A DNA stretch of 57,252 nt, counting the filler, from Sphacelaria rigidula (Eukaryota): the NCBI GenBank assembly GCA_964200075.2. It is 6 parts of 6 records of this genome, joined end to end, with 100 filler letters (N's around TTAATTAATTAA, not from the genome) between each part and the next. Parts side by side here need not be neighbours in the genome. Positions count along the whole stretch, not along the records: positions 1 to 9,460 come from CAXNAA020008447.1; positions 9,561 to 19,020 come from CAXNAA020008448.1; 4 more parts are not named here. One strand, given 5' to 3'. A model generated the notes under the pieces. That model did not search any database, was not told the origin of the DNA, and saw nothing but the letters and a program-made list of their open reading frames with translations. A program made the position numbers and the translations under genes. Numbering within the stretch: the first letter of the stretch is position 1; each line of letters opens with the position of its first letter. Positions 1 to 12,500 of the stretch are shown here, in pieces.

Positions 1-940
1 GGGGTGTGGGTGTGTGGGGTGGGGCCGGATGGGGGGGGGGGGGGGCGCGGTGAGAGGGTGGGGGGGGGGGTGGTGGCTAATCTCTTGAGACTGCAGGCTT
101 GTCCCGAGGAAGGGAACTAAGGGAGTCAAAGTTGGAAGTATGGCAGGAGAAGAAAAAAATCTCCCTTGAGAAAACTCGAGAAAATGAGCAAAAAGAAAAG
201 TTACAGAAGCAGTATATCAGAGTAGGCAGACGGGACACCAGGGAAAGAACCATGATAGTACCTGTCCCGGGAGGGAAAAAAGACAACAGCACGATTTTAT
301 CCAGGTAGGCGTTTTCTCGCCGGTTCGTTCCCTCAAATCCACGGTTGGTATATGCATGCTTTTGTTTTGACGCCCATGTAGCTCTGACTCGAGGAAAATC
401 GAACCCCGGCAGGTGGGGGTCGGTCCAGGAGATTACCTTGGACATTGTATGCTTTGCCAGAGTTCGAATAGGCGGGCGCCCTGAAACCCGTGATGCCTAT
501 GCTGGCGAGCACTCGAGACTGTGAACCCCCCAAAGATCCGCATGTCAGTGTCCCATCGGAAAGATGTACATGTATGTCAACCATGGATTCCAGCAGAGGG
601 ATGAAGTTGCTTGAACAGGGCTGAACCCAACGCTATGTATTGATGTGGCAGCTAGTGTACACCGCAAGCACGGTCACAGTACCGTGGTATGCACCTCGTG
701 ATTGATAGATTGAATGGTTGACTTGTCGATGGGATGATCGATCGATTGGTTGATTGGTTGTTCGATTGGTCCGCTTCGAGGCTGCTTGACATACTCGCAG
801 TCGCAACATCGATGTGCCCAGGGTATACAAAAGACTCAACGACAGCAATCGTCGAGAATTAACCCGAGAAAGAAGAACAAGGAGGAGAAACAAAACGATC
901 GTGCTCCTCTTGTTTTTCTCCTCCCCCCCCCGCGCGCCAG

Positions 941-1155
941 GAGACATACGCATGCGACAAGTCACGGGGAAAGAGGCAAGGGTGGCCGGTCCCAACCCAA
1001 ACGCCTCCTATTCGCTCAAGTATGTACCCCCGAAGGGCTCCGGAGAGCGAGAAACGTCGTTCGCCATCACGGGGGCGCATCTGGAAAAGACCTGGCAGGC
1101 GTATTGCGCACACATACAGGCCATGCCGCCCCCGCCGGTCTGGGATTCCGATTTC
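941..1155 (+). CDS. PCIF1: Internal exon of PCIF1/CAPAM-like mRNA cap-adjacent adenosine N6-methyltransferase
   Basis: Pyrimidine tract and CAG acceptor at 938-940, GTGAGT donor at 1156. Encodes ...TSFAITGAHLEKTWQAYCAH...WDSDF and joins in phase 0 to the 5851 exon (DF|LRRLYCVLARY), resembling the segment upstream of the PCIF1 methyltransferase core as recalled from the human protein. Confidence 0.75.
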
Positions 1156-1175
1156 GTGAGTGTGGAGTTGCGTCG

Positions 1176-1177
<2 letters not shown>

Positions 1178-1215
<38 letters not shown>

Positions 1216-1553
1216 GTCGTCCCTTTTATTCTGGACGCCGGTCTACACTTTTTGGTATATGTGGGCGGACCAGCTGGGGTCACACGGAAGTCAACACAGG
1301 AGTTGTTTTTTTGTTCGTTTTACTTCTCCACGTTTCTTTTGCGGTGCTTGCCTTTATTTTTTATCGCGAGAAGGGTTCGACACTCCCTTCCCCTCGTCGA
1401 CTATTAAGTCGAATTTTATGTACCCACGACATGGTCGCTCTGCACTGTTGGGCATTGTGTGAGAGAAAATCCCGGATCGCTCCGAGATTCGAACCCACGA
1501 CCCAACCGTCAGAAGGTTACGAGGTTAACAACTGAGCCACTGGGGCGACCGGC
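1178..1553 (-). mobile_element. tRNA-derived SINE, full-length copy with (CA)n tail
   Basis: The reverse complement begins GCCGGTCGCCCCAGTGGCTCAGTTGTTAA (A-box-like)...GGGTTCGAATCTC (B-box) and ends in an (AC)n tract. Homologous copies occur at 5322-5690 and 9245-9460. Confidence 0.8.
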
Positions 1554-1799
1554 TTTATACATCGAATACAGGTCATAATTTAGTTTCAAAGATTCAAGTA
1601 TTAATTGAAGTTCCTAAGGATAAACTGTCTCGTGCTTTTTCTCCCATTCTTACACTCACGAGGTGATATATAGTGTGTGTCCTGCGAAATGGAAAAGCTT
1701 TTCAGGTGATTGGTTTTCTAACCCTTTCGGAACAGTTGATCTGCTGGCGACTGCGGTCATGTTTTTAGTATTGGTCTGTACATCGCATTAATGATATAA

Positions 1800-2495
1800 G
1801 AATGAGGTGGAAACTATGCGATGTTCAACGAGCTTCGTTTTGGGCTGCGTGTTTTTTTTCTCACGGCGAGCAGTGTTTGGCGACATTTCACTTTGTAGCG
1901 TGCCACCGGGTGCTGCTTCGTTCTGTACGGCTGTGCACAAAGGGCGAATTCGCCTTTCAACAGCGAGTACCCTTCATGTACTGAGTTGCAGAGGGCGAGT
2001 TCACACATGAACTTCGGCTGTTGTGTCCGAGGATTCCAGCGGAGAAGCCAAGGCGCGAAGAGTAATTTTCATTTCAGACTGCGCACTATGTATGCCCAGG
2101 TCGGCAGAGCCACGATGTTCCAAGTGGCTGCCTGTACAAACTGAAAATAATATGTAAACCATGCGATTTGCACCAAATTGCATCTTCGACCAAATGCTGC
2201 TTTTTGGCATCAATCAATGTCATGACATTTGCTTCGGTGGCGGTCCGCCATGTGCTGCTCTGTTGTGCGGGAATGTGCACAAAGGATGACCTTACGTGAC
2301 ATGAGCGAATGCCCTTTGATCCCTTGACTTGGTAGCGCACGAGTTCACAGATGAAATATGGTTGTCTTGTGGCAGACGGTTTCGAGGCAGAACCCAAGGC
2401 GCTAGAGCGATTTTTATTTTCGGTGACGCACTGGCCATATGTGACCGGGTCGGCAGAGCAACGATGTTTCACGTGACTGCCTGTTCATACTGCAA
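1800..2495. repeat. Diverged tandem duplication, unit about 345 bp
   Basis: CCAAGGCGC...GTCGGCAGAGC.ACGATGTT...TGCCTGT.CA.ACTG occurs at about 2048-2143 and again at about 2394-2492. Outer boundaries are approximate. Confidence 0.5.
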
Positions 2496-5321
2496 AGAAC
2501 ACGTAAGCTAAGCGACTTTAGCCAACCTGCTGTTCAAACGGGACACTACACAGGCGGGAAGGAGCGCAGTCGGTGACTAACCAATTCACCTCATCTGAGG
2601 AGCGTCGCCCCCTCCCCATGTCATCGTCTCTGCCGGCCTCACAATTGTTTTTCGTCACGTTTGTCCAACTTCGCCCCTTACGAGATTTTGAATTAGGGGG
2701 AAATTGACGTTGAAGATGTTTATCTGGACAGAGTGAACTAGACCGTGCCCAAGCGACTGACATGATGGGATTACTTCCTCTCATGCCATGACCCTGACCC
2801 CATGGGGCCCATGAAATATTCACTCTCCAATCCCGCTGGCACAGCTGTGTGGAGGACATGCAGCGCGCAGCCAATCCGCACAGCGTGAACCTCTTGATCG
2901 TCAACATCATCAACATCGTTGTCAGTAGTTTTCGCATGCGCGACGCTGCTGCTCATTATCTCAAAATTTCCGTACTTTCTCGTTCCAGCACTATGTCAGG
3001 CACCCCCTTCACTGCAGTTACGTTGGTGGGTCGCGGCCACAACAGCTCCTGTTCGTGTTCTTGTTTTATCTTCGCAATGACGGTAAACGTGGGGTGGCAG
3101 CTCGAGGGCGTGTGCTTCCCGAGTGGTATAGACAGATGCAGGACACTAGCTAGTGCAACAAGATTGTCCATCTACTGATGTGGAGCGAGCTTTCCGGAGG
3201 AACAATATCACCTCAAAACCGACCACTCCCAGGCTTGGATAAATGTACTAGAAATATAGTTCATGTCATATGCGCCAGATCGTTATTTGTTGGTGACGCG
3301 TGTATTTTCCTTTGACATGGCTCGTTGGATTATGGGCCACTACTGACGCATACAGCGTTCAGCTTGCACTTTCCAGGAATATAGTACCCAAAATCGCCTC
3401 CCATTCCTACCCATAACAGCATTACAGCTTTAAATTTCGGTTTTTACTCATCTTTTCGCAGACGATTTGTCACCTTCACGAAGGTGTAAGAGTCGGTCGG
3501 CGTCGGAAAAAGAAGCAGATTGTGCTCGGGCCACTTTTCTCAGTTTTTTGGTATCGGAACAACGCACACCGTAAAAACCCGTTTTATCGGGGGGTGTTAT
3601 TGACCGTGTATGATGAAAAAAAACACGTATTTCCGACTGCAACGCACTGACTACCGAGAGAAGAAATGAACCATAGAGTTGTTTCTATCATGACTCGGGT
3701 CGGTGTCGGTCGAGCGAAAATATCGAAGAGCGAAAATCGGGTTTTATACACTCGCAGGACCCCAGAATGACCTGTGAGCCTGCAGTTCGTTTGAAATTGA
3801 TTTTGTTTTCCTGAGGTTGTGTGGGTTCCTTACGTTTCTCGGTTCTTAAAGTTTGGAATCAAACAGAAACCGCGATGAGTCGTGGTAACCGCAAGATCTG
3901 AATTAACCGTTTTCAATCGCCAATATATATATATATATATATATAACACAAGGTTCCCCTTCGGGAGGTTGGTAGGGGCCTCCCGGGGGTGACGCAAGTC
4001 GAAAATATATGGTCGAGAGAGGCTGTTGTATCTCAATGCGTGGCTGTACAAAACATCGCATGTGTTATCGGATGTCCTTCGGAAATATGGGAATTCGGAC
4101 GGAGGCCGATGGCGGAACCGCCGGCGTAGGACATGTGTGGTATTTCCGAGGTGCCAGAGTGTGCGAAGTAGCTCTCGTGCCACACAGACATGACTGCGGG
4201 AGGCACTCCAGATAAATTGGAATGCGAGGAAAATCCTCGACACGTTCTTTGTACATCACTGTGGCTTCCACATCACCGGGCCTTTTTTTCAAACAGGGTG
4301 ATTGTTTTTGCGGCAAAACATTCCTGTGCTACCGTGTTGCTGTGCCTTGTTCAAGTCGCCAACGGTCCATTGCACGGTCTTGTGTTCGCTGGTGACTAAG
4401 GCCAAGGCAACTTTCAATTATTTTCAACGGCTTTGCTCTCATGTTCTCGTGACATTGGCGGCATAACCGGTGTGTTCGTGCTCGTAAATGAACGAGAACG
4501 CGACAAGGAAAAGCATGGGGAAAAAATACCCCGCCAAAAGTAATCCTGTTTGAAGATTTCCATGATCTTCAACAGGCTTTTTTCGTGGTTCAGGTTCTTG
4601 TTTCAAGTTTTCCATGATCTCGAACGGGCTTTTGTAGTGCGGGATCGACACCCCACGGGAAAGGGCCAGTTTGAGTGATTTTCGGCGGCCAGAACACGCG
4701 CCACAGGTATCAGATGACACCCAAACCTGAATGGTAATGTACCGCTGAGCCTTCTCAGTGCGCTGCAAAAGAAGGCGCGATAAAAAATGCCTCGCCGCCA
4801 GAGAAAAGTCGGCAAAAGTGGTGAAAAATGTGAAATGATACATGTGCATATATTTTCTGCACTTGATGCGTGTCGGTATTCGCGTGATTTGGCCGCCGTA
4901 ACCTGTATGAGTCACGTGCTGTGCAGGATGGTTGCTCTATATAGATGCTGGTGCATTGCGCAAGTAAGATTTCTCTTGTCAAGCTCGAAGTATCTCTTTT
5001 TGGGTTACGCATAGACGGTAGTTGTGCATTCGGCCCCGTGTACCGATGGTGGCAGCTTCAAGACACGAAGTGGAAACAAAGCTCGACAGCAAGCAGGCCT
5101 CCTCCCGCGCAGCCACCTCCGCAAACCAACTGCCACACACTATTTTGCGGTGAGCTGTGCGTTCACAGTCGATTGACTGACGGACTGGTTGCCGTACATG
5201 GCACGAAGCCGTCCGCTACGAGGGTAGTGGTGATTGAAATATAGACGCACCCAAGGTAGACAAGTCACTCGTAAAACGATAGCTCGGCCTCCCTTGAAAC
5301 CATTTTCGACTCTTACACAAA

Positions 5322-5690
5322 GCCGGTCGCCCTGATCGCTCGGTTAGTGTCCCCGAAATCTTCTGACGGCTGAGTCGTGGGGTAGAATGTCGGTGAAGTC
5401 ACACGATCTGAGATTTTTTCTCACATCATGCCCAACAACGGAGGGCGACTGTGTCGTGGGTACACAACGTTCGACTTGATGGTCGACGTGGGAGAGAAAC
5501 CGCTGAACCCCTCTTGCGATAAAGAATAAGGTCAGCACCGCAGACGGAATGTGGAATACGAACGCCAAATTCCAAACATAAAACTCCTGAGTCCACCTTC
5601 CTCCTGTGTGACCCCGGCTGATGCGCCCACATATACCGAAAGGTGTACAGTAAACTGGCGTCGAGGGTAGATAAGACAACATAACACATT
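5322..5690 (+). mobile_element. tRNA-derived SINE, diverged copy
   Basis: Starts GCCGGTCGCCC and is collinear with the reverse complement of 1213-1553. A and B boxes are decayed and the tail is short and AC-rich. Confidence 0.75.
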
Positions 5691-5850
5691 GAACACTAGG
5701 GAAACATGAACTCTTACGTATGATTGGTTTTCAAGTATGCATGCTTAACTCAACCCCTCGCCCCTCTTTTCCCCGATGCTTGCGCCTTATTTGTGCCTTG
5801 TGCATGTCGTTCTTGTTGCTGTGACTGCTGTGAACGAAATTTGCCCTTAG

Positions 5851-6011
5851 CTCCGGCGGCTGTATTGCGTGCTCGCTCGGTACGAGACTCTTTCCGCCAC
5901 GTCTGACGGCTATCAGATGGCCTTCCCCGCATCCGGCTTCCGACTGCTGCGACAGCTGTTGGATGTCGATTGCGAGTGCTTCGCCAGCCCCCTCAACTGC
6001 ACGCTCAAAAG
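5851..6011 (+). CDS. PCIF1: Exon of PCIF1/CAPAM-like methyltransferase (ECFASPLN motif)
   Basis: TAG acceptor at 5848-5850 and AG|GTACCT donor (phase 2). Encodes LRRLYCVLARYETLSATSDGYQMAFPASGFRLLRQLLDVDCECFASPLNCTLK. ECFASPLNC is a characteristic PCIF1 motif. Confidence 0.88.
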
Positions 6012-6399
6012 GTACCTCAATGGTCCATCGCACACTTCCAAAGATGATCAGGGCAGAGCACCGTAAACTAGGTAACCACGCACCCTGTATTTTCAGGGTA
6101 CGGGCATTGCTGCAAGTCATGCTACGGTATGGGTGCCGAAAATATATCTGAGGTTTGAATTGTCGAGAGACATTTATCTCAATTCAAGAAAAGGACTTAT
6201 GAAACGTGTGCCAGCATTCAAGATAACGATTCATCAGCATTCCAACGGGCTAGGGATGTCCCAAATGGATTCCTGAACGGAAATGTCCTCACCTATGTTC
6301 TCATGTACCTGGTAGCTCCTAACTTTAGGAACCCCTCAACGAGAAACATCTCGGACCGAATGTGCATCCCTTCCCGCGGCATGAATTCTGATGTATTGG

Positions 6400-7050
6400 C
6401 TTCCGAAATTGCCGGGCTTCTCACGATACCCGGGGGATCGACGGCCGGAACTACCGGTATTGATATCACCTCCTGAAAGTACCGATCAAGCCGTTATTCC
6501 CGGGTACCGACAGCCGGAACTAAAGAGTATGAGAGGGCACCTGGGTATCGGCGAGTAGTGTACCGTATTGTCGAGGGTACTGTACCTGAAGCACCCGCGG
6601 ACGAACGTACCCGGGCTTTTGGGGCACTGGAGGGATAGGCTGCCGTAGTTACTGGCATTGCAGCGTACCTGAAGTCCGGGTGCTAGAAGTACTAGATATT
6701 TAGTTGTACCTGTGGTATCGACTGCCGGAAATATGGAGTATTTCACAGGGTAACTTGGGTATCGGCTGACGAGAGCACCGCGTATTTTGTTGCACTAGGG
6801 TTATGGACTGGCAAATATACCGAGTGTTCCTTCTGGGGTGCCATGCTTACCGACTACCGAAAGTACAGAATATTCAAGGGTAACTGAAGTCTTCGGCTGC
6901 TGTAAGTACCAGATGTTCAGTTGTATCCGGGGTATCAACTGCCGAAAACGAGTACTCTCGGGCACCTAGCGTGCCGAGACATCCCAAAATACCCGACGTG
7001 GAACTTCGAACGCAACCGGACCCGACCCCAAACACCTATGGGATACTCGA
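6400..7050. repeat. Degenerate GGTAC/TACCG-rich repetitive tract
   Basis: Dense recurrence of GGGTA(C/T)C, GTACC and GGTATCG.CTG motifs in both orientations. A similar shorter tract lies at about 43960-44120. Confidence 0.4.
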
Positions 7051-7313
7051 GCTGTCATTTTTTATTCATCACTCGATCTTGCCGCTGCGCACTCGATCAA
7101 GGGGTACGTACAAGTGAGGGTCTTCCTTCACACGGATGACAGAAAATATTCCAAAATTGAGTAGTTGGTCATCCAGCAACTGGCTCTATTGTTGAGTAGT
7201 ACAAATTGTTGTCCGCGAAAGAGAATGGGCTGGAAGTCATGACGCGTTCTACCGTACAGTAGACGATGTTTCCATGCTTTGAGTATATTCACGACAATCA
7301 ATGAGCATTTCTA

Positions 7314-7540
7314 TACGGTAGGGGTGCACTTTTTTCGCGAAAATTTGTCTGGTTCAGGGGCTCCTAATGATTCTAGACGCACAAGAAAATGGGTCAGGGC
7401 ATCCCCGTTTGCAGGTTCATTCGGGATATCCTCAGCACATTGGAATAGTCATCCTGGTGTAAGTCGTGTTTTTGATGAGATAAGGGGCTCCTAACAATTC
7501 TAGCCTCAGGAATTATTTGTGTACCTCTACCGTAGCATTA
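7314..7540. mobile_element. MITE-like element, copy A
   Basis: Terminal inverted repeats TACGGTAGGGGTGCAC / GTGTACCTCTACCGTA. The body is shared with 7813-8060 and 54345-54590. Confidence 0.7.
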
Positions 7541-7812
7541 CTTCAATCGACCAATCAAATCAATGGCAATGTATTGCGTGCAGTACGGAGGCTGAGCTCG
7601 ACGGGTGTCTACTCATCCTACGGTCGAGGGGGTACAAAAGATACTCAGGCTTGATGTGTTAGGAGCCCTTGAAATCAACCACAAAACGATTAATGAAACG
7701 TGTGACAGCACGCCACGATTAGCATTTCAATGGGCTAGGAATTTAATCTCCAATGAAGCTCAAGACAGAAATAACTTCATCTTTATTCTTTTGTAGCTTC
7801 TAACTTTGGAGC

Positions 7813-8060
7813 AATGCTATGGTAGGGGTGCACTTTTTTCGCGAAGTTTTGTCTGGTTCAGGGGTTCCTAACGATTCAAGACGCACAATGATATGGGTCA
7901 GGGCACCCCCGTTTGCAGATGAATTTGGGATATTCCCAGCACATTGAAATAGTAATCTTGGCGTACTCTCTCACATCTTCACAAGTCGTGCTTTGGGTAA
8001 GATAAAGGGCTCCTAATAATTCTAACCTCAGAAAATATTTGTGTACCCCTACCGTAGCAT
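7813..8060. mobile_element. MITE-like element, copy B
   Basis: TIRs ATGCTATGGTAGGGGTGCAC / GTGTACCCCTACCGTAGCAT around a non-coding body of about 250 bp. Confidence 0.75.
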
Positions 8061-8246
8061 CACTCTTTGGGAGCCCCTCAATGATGAACACCTGGACCCA
8101 AACGCAACCCCTGACACGACATGGGTCTCGACTACTTCCAGCATGGGTGACTATGCTCGACAGTGCTACTACAAAGTGGAATGTCTTTCCGTCACGTTCG
8201 CCATGCTGTGTCTCGTGTTTGCTGACGTGCATGTGTACATATACAG

Positions 8247-8322
8247 GTTTTGCTCCGTAGCATATGACACCGATAAGTTTTTCGGCAGCGAAGGAAATTT
8301 CTTCGAGTCCAACCATCAGATG
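8247..8322 (+). CDS. PCIF1: Exon of PCIF1/CAPAM-like methyltransferase (CS..DTD..FGS.G motif)
   Basis: Branch-point-like GCTGAC at 8221, CAG acceptor, GTGAGC donor at 8323. The phase matches the previous exon (AG|G=R). Encodes RFCSVAYDTDKFFGSEGNFFESNHQM, matching the PCIF1 YCSAFPDTDGYFGSRG segment. The NPPF exon expected next was not found before the contig ends. Confidence 0.88.
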
Positions 8323-9244
8323 GTGAGCGTATGCTGAACCGATTAACCCATTTGGTACTGGCAATGGAAAAGTGTGGATTTCGAGGCGCTGTATTTTGAA
8401 CGACACATGGCTGGGCATTTACAATTTTCTCGTATAACTACTAGGTCAAGGTATGTTTTTCAGACCCGTTTAAAAATGTGCCCCAGGGCCGCACGGGACT
8501 CCGTATGTAGAAAATAGACAGGTAGCGCCGATTTTTCTTTGTGTAGACTTCAGACAAGCAAGTGCTGATTTTGGCTGCGTGCACAAACTTGACCAAACTT
8601 GACCCGATGCGTCCCTCACTGGACAAAACTAATCCGACCGCACCAGGGTGATTTTTTTGGTGCGTGCATGACGCATGCTGGTGGGTTCTTCTGTGGCTTT
8701 CCGCGGTGAAAATGGTTGCTGTCGGTCTTTACTGTTCCAATCCTTTCTTCGTTGTCAGGGCTTGGAATAATCAGGCGTCTGGCCCGGGGACGGGCGGGGA
8801 AGGTTATGTAGGTTTGCGGCAATTTAGCCGACCCGCTACGAAATCAAGCCCACGGTCATCGGCGTTTGTTCCGCCGCAATCCGCTCAGTGTTGCAGGAGG
8901 GGCAGCCTTGACCATGCCAGAGCAGTGACTAGAACGTGCGCTTGTTGGCCCTACGTGGGTGTTGTTTGGAGCGCGTAGCGCAAGTCATCGGATTTCTTTC
9001 TAAACTAAACATACTTGCCCCAAACCGAGAACACCGTACTCCGCCGATGACCAGTCGGAGGCAGGGCCTCGGGAGTTGACGGGTGATTGCTCCCTCGTAT
9101 GGTTTACTTCTCCCGCGCGTGTTGCCCTCCACAAGCAAAATGATCTTGGGAATAGATCAACACGGCTGTTATTCATTTAGCAAGTTAAAAAATAACCATC
9201 CATGAAAAATCACGACGGATCGTGATATAATTTGTAAAAGGAAG

Positions 9245-9460
9245 TGTGTGTGTTGTCGTCCCATTTATCCTGGGCACCAGTCTACACCTTTCGGTATATG
9301 TGGGCGCATCAGCCGGGGTCACACCGGAGGAAGGTCAACCCAGGAGCTCTTTCTTTTTGATTAGTTTTTTACACTCCACCTTCCTTCTGCGGTGCTTGCC
9401 TTTTATTTTTTATCGCGAGAGGGGTCCAGCAGTCCCCTTCCCTCGTCGACCGTTGAGTCG
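9245..9460 (-). mobile_element. tRNA-derived SINE, 3' part (head cut off by contig end)
   Basis: GTGTGTGTTGTCGTCCC...TCTACAC...GGGGTCACAC...TTTATCGCGAGA...CCTCGTCGAC is nearly collinear with 1205-1400. Confidence 0.75.
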
Positions 9461-9560
9461 NNNNNNNNNNNNNNNNNNNNNNNNNNNNNNNNNNNNNNNN
9501 NNNNTTAATTAATTAANNNNNNNNNNNNNNNNNNNNNNNNNNNNNNNNNNNNNNNNNNNN
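9461..9560. other. Artificial assembly spacer
   Basis: 44 N + TTAATTAATTAA + 44 N, with stop codons in all six frames. Confidence 0.97.
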
Positions 9561-12500
9561 GTCCCCTGGTCATCATCCAGGATCCTACATGCTACATCTA
9601 CTACGCCTTGGTGTATTTTGGCTACAGGTGCAAGAGAACGTGCGCTAGAGAATAGCGTGCAGCAGGGCGAGCAGAAGGGTCTGAGCGCCGATAGTGCACA
9701 TTGTTTGGGTGGTATTTTGGCTAGTCGCGTGGATACCTTTCGGCGTGCGCTGCGTGGTGATCCGCCAGCGCGCGTAGAGCCCATGAGGGTGCAATTCAAG
9801 CCACAGGCAACAGCTGTGAAAACCAAGCTCTGACGCTACGATCCGGTGAAGCCCGAGTGGCGTGCTTCATGCATGGCAGCCTTGGTGGCGTTTAGTTAGG
9901 TGGTTAGGGGCGTCTAGGCCGTGTGGGCGAGTCCGGCGATGGCGGTGCCGAAGAGGGACACATTCCGTGTGGTCAGCGACTATCAGACGATGAACGCGCA
10001 AGTGGAACAGTCTCCGGGGGTGATGCCAAGCGAAGAAGACATGCGGGAGTCGCTGGGATCTCAATGCTTCGGCATGTTAAACCTGCTACAGGGGTGTTGG
10101 CTGATGCCTTTGGCGCAGGAGGCTAAGGAGATCTTCACGATCGTCACGCCCGACGGTATGTTACCGCCTAATCGTGTCCCGCAGGGTGTGATAAACGCCA
10201 CGGCGTATTTCCAAGGTGTGCTGACTGACATTTTACGAGGTCTAGACAGTACAGTGTAGGTGGATGGCGTTTGTTTTTTTGCTGAAAGCAAAGAAGCACT
10301 GTTAGTTTTGCTTAACGGAGTTCTTGGCCGCTTGGAGAATATTGGTCCGTTCGTCGCTGCGAATAATGCACCGTTTTTCGCGCGCAAAGTGATTTGGTGT
10401 GGTAAGGTGTACTCCAAGGGTACTGTTTCGCATGATCCCGTCCGTATTCAAGGTTTGAGCGATATGCGACGCCCTCAAAGGCTAGTGAGCTGATGCAGCT
10501 TCTGCAGGCGTTGAATTGTTTGCGGACTTCGCTCCCGCGCATGGCAGAAGTAGTTGCTCCGCTTCGAGTATTTCTGGTACAACTTGTGATGGGGGTTTCG
10601 GGTCGGACCAAGCGGGTGGCGCGTAATCGTAACACCCCGGAGGACGCTTGGACGGAGGTTCGTGTGCGGGCATGGCGTGCTGCACAAGATTTGGTGGCGC
10701 AAGCGGTGCCGCTATATTATCCTCATCCAGGGTGCGTTGTTGTAATGTTTCCAGGTGCTTCAGATTTTCACTGGAGTAGTGTTTTCACGCAAGTGCCTGT
10801 CGCAGAGTTTAGTAGTGGCATTGCGCTCGAAAACATGTCACACGAACCGTTGGCTTTCTGAGTGGTAGCTTCAAGGGTTCACAGTTGCGGTGGGCGACAG
10901 CGGACAAAGAAGGTTTCGCTATAGGCAATACCTTTCGAAGGATGGAGTACTTGCTTTGGGGTGGTGTTCGCATTTTTACCGATCATCGCAATCTAAAATG
11001 CATTTTTCACCTCGAAGAGTGTGTCACATCGGTAGCAAAGGCCATAGTACAACGGCTTGAGAATAGGAAAGGAGTGCTCGGCCAATATCGCTATGCCTTT
11101 GAACATATTCCTGGAGAGCGCAATTGTTGAGGAGATGTGTTGTCTCGCTGGATGAATGTTCCTAACGTGCCTGTCCGTTCTGTTGCCCGGTACAGCCCGT
11201 GTAATGCCGATGAATCGCTGCCCTCGTTAGATATCATTCATACCGCGCAGCGCAAAACTGTCGGCGACGGTGTTCATCTTTTCCTACGACTTTCGGTCAA
11301 GCTGCCTTGGCTGATGACGGTTTGTTCCGCGTGCGTGTTGGCAGCAGTGATGTTCTGTGGATCCCGTCGGATGATAAGGCTCTGCAACCTCGCTTGATGG
11401 TGTGCGCTCACATGAGATCGGCTGGTCACCGTGGTGTGGCGCTGACTCTGTTCCGTTCGAAAAAGTACTTTGGGTGGCCTCACATGGATTCCCACGTTCG
11501 CGAGTTCGTTCGCCAGTATTTGCATTTTGTAGGCACTCGTGCTGGTGCGATTGTACCTCGTCCATATGGCGATACTGTGCATGTACAATGCCAGGTGATC
11601 TTTGATGTTATGTACGTCGGAAGTGGCGAACCTGAAGATGCCAATGGTTTGCCTGAGGACGATAGTTTTCGGTACGTTTCGGGTTTCATTGATTATTTGT
11701 CAAATTTCGATTGCTTGAAGCCGACCGAGGCTTACACCGCCGAGGTTACGGCTGAGCACTTGCTGCATTGGTGCAAGACTTTGGGGGTGCCGCGTGTGTG
11801 GGTTAGTGATGCCACCACGTACTTCAAGAATCAAGTAATCGCGCAGCTGAGCGACGCGCTCAAGGTACAAGACCAATGTGCTGTTGCGTATACCCCTTGG
11901 TCGGATGGTGCTTGGGAGCGCATGGTGAAAGCGGTTGTTCGTGCGTTGCTGTCTATTTTGTCGTATCAGAGACGGCCGGTGTTTGAGCGGGTTGATGATT
12001 TGCCAACCGCTCAGTGGGCGTTGAATACTCCGTTTCGTGAACGCTACCGTAACACTCCGTACTGTGTGATGTCTGGGCGTGCGCCGCGTACAGCATTTTC
12101 CGCCCTGGCTTCTGTCACTGGTGGCGAGTGGAACGTCGATGTCATAGATGCTGATTCGTTGCGTGACGAGGTTCGAGGCGTGGTTGACGAGCAAGTAGGG
12201 TGTCGCAACGAAGTGCAAGCTGCTCTCGCGGTGTCTCGCGAAACCAAACGCAAGCTTGCTCAGGGCCAGGCTGTGTTGCCCGAGTTTGCACTTGGTGATT
12301 TCGTCTTGTATACCCGTGTTCGTAGGCAATGTGTGACGCCCAAGTTTGTGTCCACATGGACAGGCCCGTGGCGAGTCGTCGGAGCTGATCACGCTAACGT
12401 GTATTCTGTGCAGAACATTGTTTCTGGTGCCGCACACTCGACCCATGTCACTCGTCTGTGTTTGTACGGTGACTCGCAGTTGCACATCACTGCGAAAATA

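Noticed and set aside
77..620. Short ORFs at the contig start
   Set aside because: No recognisable motif; they lie in presumed intronic sequence upstream of the 941 exon.
750..1535. 261-aa ORF and overlapping ORFs with CVCVCV runs
   Set aside because: These are read-through of the wrong frame of an exon, a (GT)n tract and a SINE.
9505..9516. TTAATTAATTAA recurring every 9.56 kb as a biological periodic motif
   Set aside because: It always sits centred in 44+44 N and is an assembly linker.
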